The notes under the pieces were generated by a model, which searched no databases, was not told where the DNA came from, and saw nothing but the letters and a program-made list of their open reading frames with translations. From Thermoprotei archaeon (GTDB taxonomy: Archaea > Thermoproteota > Thermoprotei > Thermoproteales > B15-G16), in assembly GCA_003649205.1 (NCBI GenBank), contig QMRC01000001.1, positions 285,081 through 349,080 of the forward strand: a stretch of DNA of 64,000 nt. Reading direction: 5' to 3'. Both the position numbers and the translations under genes were made by a program. Position 1 is the stretch's first letter. Each line of letters starts with the position of its first letter. This document shows positions 57,026-64,000 of this stretch, one piece after another.

Positions 57026-57397
57026 GTGGTGAGCACTGTGTCAGTACTACGTAGTGACGATGTCATAGTCACTACTCTAGACTCAATACCTGGGTATAAG
57101 ATAGTAAAGGTTTACGGATTGGTGTACGCTATTGCTGACTACAGGAGAGAAGTTAGAAGTGCCATTCCTGTAGTTACGCAACCTGTAGATAGTGAGTTAA
57201 TTGATGACTTACTGACAGATGCTATGGATGACTTAGTTGAGAAAGCTAGGGAAGTCGGTGCTAATGCTGTGCTCGGTCTAAGGATTGAGCTTAGGGAACT
57301 CACCGTATCTGCAGGAGCCGTTATGGATATTGTTATTGTGTACGGCACAGCTGCTCTCGTTGAACCTGAGAGTAGACGAAATTCTTCACTGTATTGA
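57026..57397 (+). CDS. YbjQ/UPF0145 family protein
   Basis: IPGYKIVKVYGLV...GANAVLGLRIE. Confidence 0.7.
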   Translation: MVSTVSVLRSDDVIVTTLDSIPGYKIVKVYGLVYAIADYRREVRSAIPVVTQPVDSELIDDLLTDAMDDLVEKAREVGANAVLGLRIELRELTVSAGAVMDIVIVYGTAALVEPESRRNSSLY

Positions 57398-57791
57398 GGT
57401 AATTAAGTAACCTAATCTTGAGGAGTTCGCTGTAGAGACTTGAAGTGCTATTAAGTAGCCATAGCCTCTTCTCTCTAAGTACTTCAGCTAGGTAGCTAGC
57501 TGTGAATACACCTAGCTGTAGATCTCTCTTAGCTCTTTCCTCGAATATAGTGAAGTCCCACGTAATCTCAATACATACTTTAGTTAAGTCACTTGAAAGT
57601 TCCTCTAGCTCAGCTACAACCAAGATATTTTCACTTAGTGGATCTCTCTCGGTTATCATGCCTTCAGACCACATGATGACGTACTTAGGTGCCAATATGT
57701 ACGTGGTGTCTCTAGACTCTATGAAGCTCTGGAGTACTGAAAACACCTTACCAAGTGGTAGGGGTACTGTGAATACCTCTCTAATCCTCAA
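57333..57791 (-). CDS. Hypothetical protein
   Basis: 152-aa ORF; convergent 65-nt overlap with the YbjQ gene. Confidence 0.35.
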   Translation of the reverse strand: MRIREVFTVPLPLGKVFSVLQSFIESRDTTYILAPKYVIMWSEGMITERDPLSENILVVAELEELSSDLTKVCIEITWDFTIFEERAKRDLQLGVFTASYLAEVLREKRLWLLNSTSSLYSELLKIRLLNYLNTVKNFVYSQVQREQLCRTQ

Positions 57792-57843
57792 GGAAATGCA
57801 CCTACAGGATATGGATCACAAACTTATTTAAGCTTAAACCTGT

Positions 57844-58467
57844 TTGTGTATGGGGTTCTCAATGTCGACACAACTTGAGAAAGTTAAGAAGGTTCTAGCT
57901 AAGGTAGCCACCGAGCTGTACAGGAATGACGTTGACTTCGTCGTTATTGGTAGCTTCGTTATACCCTTACTGTACAACGTACCTTGGTCAACATACGACA
58001 TTGACCTCTTCATAACGAACAAAAGTACAGTTGCCGAATACGAACTCTTCGAGAAGATAGCTATTGAAAATGGTTGGGATGTAGGTACCACACCCTACGG
58101 TACACCCTACTACGAAATCTACTACGATGGTGAAGTCATTAGGATAGACTTACTCGAGAATGTGTACGACATCTACGTCCCAAAGAGGATCATTGAGAGA
58201 GCTAAGGAGGTGAATGTAGAGGGTGTGAAGATCAAGGTCATAAGGCTAGAGGATCAGCTAGTACTAAAGGCTAGAGCAGCTTCCGAGGAAGATGTATCAT
58301 TCCTCAAGTCAATACTGGAGAAGTTAGTCAGGAAAAATCTCGTGAAAATAACGATAGGCAATATCGAGGAAGCAATACAGGCATTTCCAGAGACAGAGCA
58401 GAACTCCATTAGGAGAAGGCTAGCACTAGTAGGATTCTACACAACTCTAAGCGAGAAATTTGAGTAG
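57844..58467 (+). CDS. Nucleotidyltransferase-fold protein (DUF2204/AbiEii-like)
   Basis: VDFVVIGSFV...STYDIDLFI. Confidence 0.45.
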   Translation: MCMGFSMSTQLEKVKKVLAKVATELYRNDVDFVVIGSFVIPLLYNVPWSTYDIDLFITNKSTVAEYELFEKIAIENGWDVGTTPYGTPYYEIYYDGEVIRIDLLENVYDIYVPKRIIERAKEVNVEGVKIKVIRLEDQLVLKARAASEEDVSFLKSILEKLVRKNLVKITIGNIEEAIQAFPETEQNSIRRRLALVGFYTTLSEKFE

Positions 58468-58522
58468 GATGTAAGTGTCTTGAAGTAAAGTAAATTTTCA
58501 GGTCAGATAGAGATCGATATCG

Positions 58523-58587
58523 GTCCCCTCCCCCTCGACAACCCGGAGAGGGTGGGATGAGAGGGGAAGGGACGTATTCACCGCGCG
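58523..58587 (-). other. Strand-specific GC hairpin plus 20-nt 16S-rRNA-identical segment in the thrS 3' flank
   Basis: Minus-strand arms GUCCCUUCCCCUC / GAGGGGGAGGGGAC pair over 13 bp including two G-U pairs, which become C-A mismatches on the other strand. CGCGCGGTGAATACGTCCCT lies at 58568-58587. Confidence 0.5.
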
Positions 58588-58603
58588 ACACATGCTTACT
58601 TCT

Positions 58604-60460
58604 CTAACTACTTGTCTTATACCTTGGTCTCCTACTTAGGAACCTCGGTAACTTTATCTCTGTTCTCGGATATCCCTTGACCTCCTCCTCAAGTAACTTA
58701 ATCAACTCAGGTAGCGACAGCTCCTTAACACCAACACCTCTAATTCTCACACTTAACCTACCTGACTCAAGCTCTTTCTTCCCAACTACAACAATGTACG
58801 GTATCCAGCTAACCTCAGCTTCTCTAATCTTCCTGCTAACAGTTTCATCTCTATCATCTACGTCAACTCTAAAACCATGCCTCTCGAGTTCATCAGCTAT
58901 CTCACATGCGAATTTAACGTACTCAGACGATACAGGAATAACCCTGATCTGAACTGGGCATAGCCACGTAGGTATCTTAGGCACCTCTCCTCTCAACTCC
59001 ATCTGTGCTGCCGTATCTAGTACGGTATAGAGGTACCGCTCTAGAGAACCTATAAGTGCTGTGTGAATTATTACTGGGTACCTCTCCTGACCCTTCTCAT
59101 CAACGTACTTAATACCAAACCTCTCCGCATTACCGACATCTATCTGGAACGTAGCTATCTCCCTTGGCCTACCAAGCTCATCAATTATGTGATACTCGAC
59201 ATTGATTACCCAGTAGTACTTACCTTCCTCAACAAAGTGCAACAAGACAGGTCTACCCTCTAGCTTAACTAGTTCCTGGATGAAGTCCCTATGTGCATTG
59301 AAGAAGCTCTCTGTGAGGTTGTACAGTGACACATATCTTCTACCTAGCTTACGAGCTTCCTCAAGGATCTTGACATGAACCCTCTTAGCTATCTCCTTAG
59401 CTTCTTCAAGATCTCTACACAGTATGTGTAGATCAGGCATGAGGAATTTCCTAAGTCTAAAGCAAAGTAGCAGTTCGCCAGGTTGCTCTAGTCTATAGCT
59501 ATCAGCTAGCTCAAAGACACCAAAGGGTAGGTCTCTATAGCTTATGACCCAATCCTTCAACATACTAAACTGCTGATGACAAGCAGCAAATCTAAGGACG
59601 TAGAACTTACCATCCACTTCAATGGTGTACATCCTCTCTCCAAAGAGTTCCGCATGCTTCCTCACTGGAGGTACGTCTAGGTTGAACATGTTTGTACCTG
59701 ATACCCTGTACACTGGTATTCCAAGTTCATTAGCTACCTGCCATGAATACTTAGCTATCAAGTCCATTAGTATTGTTGCTTCTGGACCAAATCTCATGTG
59801 ACCTATATCTGAGAATCCTTCCCACTCAATACCGAATTTCCTACAGTAATCAATTATCTTCGGCTCTCTCCCACCCGGTAGCTCCTTTCTCAACGCCTCT
59901 TTCTCAACCAGTACCCTAACCTCATCATCGTTACAGTACTTTTCAACAAATTCCTGAGGATCATATAGCGCCCCTTCCGGTGTGAGCACTAGGTACTTGC
60001 GTGGCTTCGGTGGTGGATGAGTAGGTACCTTCTCAGCTGGAGTTATTGTTCTCGATAGTTCTGAAAGTGGGTGACCAATGCACTTTATTTCAAAGCTCTT
60101 GTAGTACCCAAAGGGTGCACGTATGACCTCTATACCACGTTCCTTGAGCTTTTCCTCAAGCATCTTAAGTACTCTAACTGCTGTAATTGGATCAGCTAGC
60201 TTCTGAGATAGGTGAGCGTATGGATATAGGACTACCGAGCTAGCTCTAACTTTTGACATTATGCTCAGTACTTCGCTACATGCGCTCTCGGCTATGGCTT
60301 CGGGATTACGTTCATCACCTTTCTCAACAGTACAGAAACAGACGAGAGTATTTCTGGATTCAGCTTCAGACTTCACACCATCTAGCTCCTCAGCAGATTC
60401 AATAGCTTTCTCACGTACTTTGTACCTGAAGTACTCAGCGTGAATTAGTAGGAGCCTCAT
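58604..60460 (-). CDS. thrS: Threonyl-tRNA synthetase, archaeal type with N-terminal editing domain
   Basis: MRLLLIHAEYFRY editing-domain start, class II core motifs, and a C-terminal anticodon-binding domain. Confidence 0.92.
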   Translation of the reverse strand: MRLLLIHAEYFRYKVREKAIESAEELDGVKSEAESRNTLVCFCTVEKGDERNPEAIAESACSEVLSIMSKVRASSVVLYPYAHLSQKLADPITAVRVLKMLEEKLKERGIEVIRAPFGYYKSFEIKCIGHPLSELSRTITPAEKVPTHPPPKPRKYLVLTPEGALYDPQEFVEKYCNDDEVRVLVEKEALRKELPGGREPKIIDYCRKFGIEWEGFSDIGHMRFGPEATILMDLIAKYSWQVANELGIPVYRVSGTNMFNLDVPPVRKHAELFGERMYTIEVDGKFYVLRFAACHQQFSMLKDWVISYRDLPFGVFELADSYRLEQPGELLLCFRLRKFLMPDLHILCRDLEEAKEIAKRVHVKILEEARKLGRRYVSLYNLTESFFNAHRDFIQELVKLEGRPVLLHFVEEGKYYWVINVEYHIIDELGRPREIATFQIDVGNAERFGIKYVDEKGQERYPVIIHTALIGSLERYLYTVLDTAAQMELRGEVPKIPTWLCPVQIRVIPVSSEYVKFACEIADELERHGFRVDVDDRDETVSRKIREAEVSWIPYIVVVGKKELESGRLSVRIRGVGVKELSLPELIKLLEEEVKGYPRTEIKLPRFLSRRPRYKTSS

Positions 60461-60654
60461 CCTAAATCTCCTCTACAGTAGCGGGGAAACGGAATTAAAA
60501 CATTAACATTTACTCAGGTAGTGGTTAATTTAGCGACGGTTATAGAGGTGTGGAGTGTAAGGCCCGAGGTTTCATCCTCCCACTTTGGGGTGTCTACCTC
60601 GGGTCGCGGGTCTTTTTATCAAAAGCCCTCTGGGAGTTAAAAAGCGTTTAGTTA

Positions 60655-62340
60655 CTATGTTGTTCTTGCTCTTATGTCCTTCAGTACATCTGCGAGCACG
60701 TCCATTGTTGAGATGTGGTAGTAAGCTCCACCACCGATCTTTGAGACTTTTTGTAGGAATTTCTCATCTATGTAATCTCCAACAGCTACTACAGATATCG
60801 TTACTCCTCTCTTGTGGAGGTACTTAGCTTGTGCTAGGCATAGGTTTGTAAAGAGTGTTCTACCATCAGTTATACACACTACGTGTCTACAGGTGCTTCT
60901 CGATCTCTTGAGTACGTTAGTAGCTAACTTAAGTGCTGCATACATGTTCGTTCCACCGGCAGCCCATACGTGTGTGAGTAAGCTAACCATCTTCTTCCAG
61001 TACTTCTTTACTGGAAGTAGGTTCCATAGTAGGTCTGCTCTATAGTTGAAGAGTATGAGCGCGAGCTTGTCATCTGATTTGACAAGGTACTGGATATACC
61101 TTGCTAGTGCTTCCTTAGCTATCTCAATCTTAGGTCTAACACCACAGAATTCTCTCATGGAGCCTGATACGTCGAGACATATTATTGTGTCTGTTTGCTT
61201 ACCAGGTAGGTACTCGTAGACCACGACATCTCTACTGGTAATGGGTCTATTAGTCAACTGCTTTCTCACTATGTTCATTGAGGTTCTCATTACGTCTACA
61301 CACCATGAACTATCTCCAATCTCGTAGTGACGTACCATAGCTATCGCTGATGTGGGTACTTTCGACATGTAGTGCCTCTCCTTCTTGATAGCAGACTTCG
61401 TTGTTATCGATGATAGATGTCTGTAGAGTCGAACCTTCGTCAGTTCATTTAGTTTCTTCTCATAACTTACCCTCTGAGAAGAACGCTTTAGTAGAGCTTG
61501 CTCTAGGAAGGCAACCTCTGATTCCGGTATTCTCTTAAGCTGAGAGACTATCCTCCTAGCAATCTCAAGCCTAACACCTATTGGTGCGGTAATGGGACAT
61601 AGCATGTTGATCAGTTGTGCGATATTGGGGTACTCCTCCATACCGTACCCGTACACAATTTCGTACAACTTCATCTCATCGATATTCCTAGCTTCTCTCA
61701 GTATCGAGATAAGTACTTCAGGAGATAAATCGGTCGGAGTGATAGCTGAGTAACTCCTCCTACACTGATCGAGATCACTTTGTTGAGGCTGCTGAGTGGG
61801 TGCTGCAACAGTTCTCAAGCTACCACTACACACATTGTCGATCTCAGAAGGCTCCTCACTACTACGTTGTTGACGAAATCTCTTCTCAAGTTCAGAAGCA
61901 AACTTCTCAAAGAGAGAAATCAAGCTCTGAAGCAACTTATCTAGAGACCTCTGCTTATCCTGAGAGCTGGTACTCTTCTTCTCTCCTTCTAAAAATTTCT
62001 TGATAGCTGATTGAAGACCGTGAACAATGTCTTCAGCACCTAGAGCCCTCCTAACAGCTTCCTCAATTATTTCCCTCTTCTTAGTCTCGTCAGAGACCCT
62101 AACTGATGAAGCTAAATTGGCTACAGCAGTTCTCACAATCGTATCAACCATCTTATCCACAGAATACTCCTCGTGAGAGAACCTAGAGATATCGAGGAGA
62201 AGCGCAACAGCAGTATCGACTGTAGCGTAGATGTAGCTCCTAACCGAGCCAGGGTGCATGACCTCATCATTACTAAGGAGGTACTCGTAGACCTTGCTGT
62301 AGACTTCGAGTAGGGGTAGTACCAAGACCTTAGTTAACAT
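60655..62340 (-). CDS. VWA-domain protein with long N-terminal helical region
   Basis: MIDAS motif LDVSGSM plus downstream GGTN and TDG. Confidence 0.8.
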   Translation of the reverse strand: MLTKVLVLPLLEVYSKVYEYLLSNDEVMHPGSVRSYIYATVDTAVALLLDISRFSHEEYSVDKMVDTIVRTAVANLASSVRVSDETKKREIIEEAVRRALGAEDIVHGLQSAIKKFLEGEKKSTSSQDKQRSLDKLLQSLISLFEKFASELEKRFRQQRSSEEPSEIDNVCSGSLRTVAAPTQQPQQSDLDQCRRSYSAITPTDLSPEVLISILREARNIDEMKLYEIVYGYGMEEYPNIAQLINMLCPITAPIGVRLEIARRIVSQLKRIPESEVAFLEQALLKRSSQRVSYEKKLNELTKVRLYRHLSSITTKSAIKKERHYMSKVPTSAIAMVRHYEIGDSSWCVDVMRTSMNIVRKQLTNRPITSRDVVVYEYLPGKQTDTIICLDVSGSMREFCGVRPKIEIAKEALARYIQYLVKSDDKLALILFNYRADLLWNLLPVKKYWKKMVSLLTHVWAAGGTNMYAALKLATNVLKRSRSTCRHVVCITDGRTLFTNLCLAQAKYLHKRGVTISVVAVGDYIDEKFLQKVSKIGGGAYYHISTMDVLADVLKDIRARTT

Positions 62341-62345
62341 AGTAA

Positions 62346-63383
62346 CTACCCACTACCTCTAGTTACCATGTACACAGCTCTCTCAAATACCTTCTCTAGA
62401 TACGTCTTCTTGTCTGTTTCACTCTGAAACTCACCACGTATAGAGGGTATGAAGTTCTGAATAACTTCACGTTTGAGATCTTCAAGTGTAGGTTCTCTAC
62501 GCTCAACTAGTGCTCTAGCAATGGTAGATGCAACAGCATAGATGCAAGCTCTAATACTTGGACCTGCTTCAATTAAACCCTCACTACGCATAATACCTAT
62601 CATAGCTACTATCGTATCGAGAAACTCCTCAGGAATCTTAATTACGTCGTAGTTTCTAACTATCTGATCTACTTTCCACCTAATTATCGCTTTAAGTAAG
62701 TCAGCATCTGGGTAATTGAGCTCTACGTACTTCATTCTATCCGCCAGTGCTTCAGTTAATTCGAATACACCGGAGTACTCAACGGGATTTGCTGTTGCTA
62801 TTACGAGGAAGTCGCTCCTAATCCTTATACCCCTAATGACTACGTAGTGTTCTTGTAATGCTTGTAGTAGTGCTGCTTGGCTATAGGGTGAGAGTCTGTT
62901 GATTTCATCCAGTATGAGTATTCTTCCATGAGCCATGACTAGTGGACCCGGTATGTATGCTAGAGGATGGTCAAGTCCCGCCTGCAGCGCAACTGCTATA
63001 TCTATGTCACCTGTTAGCTCTGTTGCCGTCATATGTGAATGACATGCACAGAATATGTATGGCGGCTCATCTAGGTGGAGTATCTCTGCTATTGCCTCAG
63101 CTAGACTAGTTTTACCTATCCCTACAGGTCCTACAAGTAGTACATGTCGACCGACACAGAGCGCGCTAAGTACATCGATAGCTACTTCGTGAAGCCCCTT
63201 AAGGTAGTTATCTAGTTCTCTCAATATGTTACTGATACCTCGCTCGAGGACTATCTTCGTTACCTTTTCCTCTACCCTAATGGGCCTTCTCTGAAGTAAC
63301 TCTGATAATCGTGGTAACCTTACACCCATTAGCTGTAGATTCTGTGTCATCTGCTGTGCCCCATGTCCCTTACTCGGGGACAC
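62346..63383 (-). CDS. MoxR-like AAA+ ATPase
   Basis: Walker A GPVGIGKTS, Walker B ILILDEINR, and ATANP sensor region. Confidence 0.85.
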   Translation of the reverse strand: MSPSKGHGAQQMTQNLQLMGVRLPRLSELLQRRPIRVEEKVTKIVLERGISNILRELDNYLKGLHEVAIDVLSALCVGRHVLLVGPVGIGKTSLAEAIAEILHLDEPPYIFCACHSHMTATELTGDIDIAVALQAGLDHPLAYIPGPLVMAHGRILILDEINRLSPYSQAALLQALQEHYVVIRGIRIRSDFLVIATANPVEYSGVFELTEALADRMKYVELNYPDADLLKAIIRWKVDQIVRNYDVIKIPEEFLDTIVAMIGIMRSEGLIEAGPSIRACIYAVASTIARALVERREPTLEDLKREVIQNFIPSIRGEFQSETDKKTYLEKVFERAVYMVTRGSG

Positions 63384-63413
63384 ATTATAGTAGATGTAGC
63401 GAAGTATATAATC

Positions 63414-63824
63414 TTACCCACTTCTCACAAGCTCGATTAGGTCTACTATCTCTAGCTCCTTGAACTTTGACACCTCCTCCGATAGCTTCTTTCTAACATC
63501 TTCACTAATTTCCCTGCTTACTTCCTCACACAGTTTAGCTCCTTTCTGTGTCACTCTATACACCTTATCGTAGAGTTCATGATACTTCCTACTTAGGACC
63601 AGTACTTCCTCCACAAGACCTAACTCAATTAGTTGCTTTAGGTCTCTATGTAGTTCTGGTGAGTACACTGCTTCTCCTGTATCGAGAAATCTGTAGCCTA
63701 GGTCTATTCCTCTCTTTGCGAGTAAGAGGGTTAGTAGGTGTAGTCGATATAGGTTCTCTATTTCCTTAGCTACCGATATTAAGTAGAGTAAGAGCTTTTG
63801 TCTCTGTGATAGTTGGGTACTCAT
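63414..63824 (-). CDS. Small helical/wHTH-like protein, first gene of the MoxR-VWA operon
   Basis: 136-aa ORF 30 nt upstream of the MoxR gene. Confidence 0.4.
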   Translation of the reverse strand: MSTQLSQRQKLLLYLISVAKEIENLYRLHLLTLLLAKRGIDLGYRFLDTGEAVYSPELHRDLKQLIELGLVEEVLVLSRKYHELYDKVYRVTQKGAKLCEEVSREISEDVRKKLSEEVSKFKELEIVDLIELVRSG

Positions 63825-63885
63825 GGTTTCCCGGAGGGGAGTTTAAGCTATTTTGAGTATATATACTTCGTGGTGGTTCTGCACA

Positions 63886-64000
63886 TGACTGAGCTTTGTG
63901 AGCTGTGTGAGGAGCTCCCTAGTGAGTACACATGTCGTATATGTGGTAGATTGGTTTGTAGGTTGGATTACGTTCTCAATGAGGGAATTTGTGTAGTTTG
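63886..64000 (+). CDS. N-terminal fragment of a zinc-ribbon protein (continues past window)
   Basis: ATG 63886; MTELCELCEELPSEYTCRICGRLVC (CxxC-x11-CxxC); TATATATA box about 30 nt upstream. Confidence 0.35.

Noticed and set aside
1-64000. CRISPR arrays, rRNA genes, transposase or integrase genes, and additional tRNA genes.
   Set aside because: By eye I saw no regularly spaced direct repeats, no rRNA-length conserved blocks (only the 20-nt 16S-like segment) and no DDE or tyrosine-recombinase motifs. I spotted no other GGTTCRAATCC/T-arm signature, but I could not scan all 64 kb exhaustively by eye.

Overview
The window looks archaeal and Thermoproteota-like. It has PaREP1 and Arch_ATPase paralog families, canonical archaeal C/D box sRNAs, TATA-type promoters close to starts, and purine-rich coding strands. 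The taxon is inference only. Most short antisense ORFs in the track mirror the real genes and are not reported.

Layout:
- 0.6-8.5 kb: a corrinoid-dependent methyltransferase operon with a B12-binding protein, three URO-D-family methyltransferase paralogs, an embedded MFS transporter and a RACo-type reductive activase.
- 9-22 kb: an accessory region with several HEPN/nucleotidyltransferase arrangements, a retropepsin-like protein, three clustered Arch_ATPase paralogs (one frameshifted; a fourth copy lies at 27.2 kb), LAGLIDADG endonuclease-like genes and a split initiator tRNA-Met.
- 22-64 kb: mostly housekeeping. This includes a glycan mini-cluster, radical SAM, TauE, TctA, ACT-MgtE, ThrC, an ACD beta subunit, TmcA, an M48 protease, a HerA-like ATPase, a guaA/guaB/PRTase purine cluster, ThrRS and a MoxR-VWA operon.

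The strongest finding is the initiator tRNA-Met. It is encoded as two halves broken at 37/38, each with its own near-identical promoter. The halves are tied by a perfect 15-nt complementary leader/trailer. They are separated by 1.75 kb carrying three ORFs, one of them LAGLIDADG-like.

I also read six C/D box sRNA genes directly from intergenic sequence. A 20-nt segment identical to my remembered 16S rRNA sequence sits beside a strand-specific hairpin just after thrS. No CRISPR array or rRNA gene was seen.
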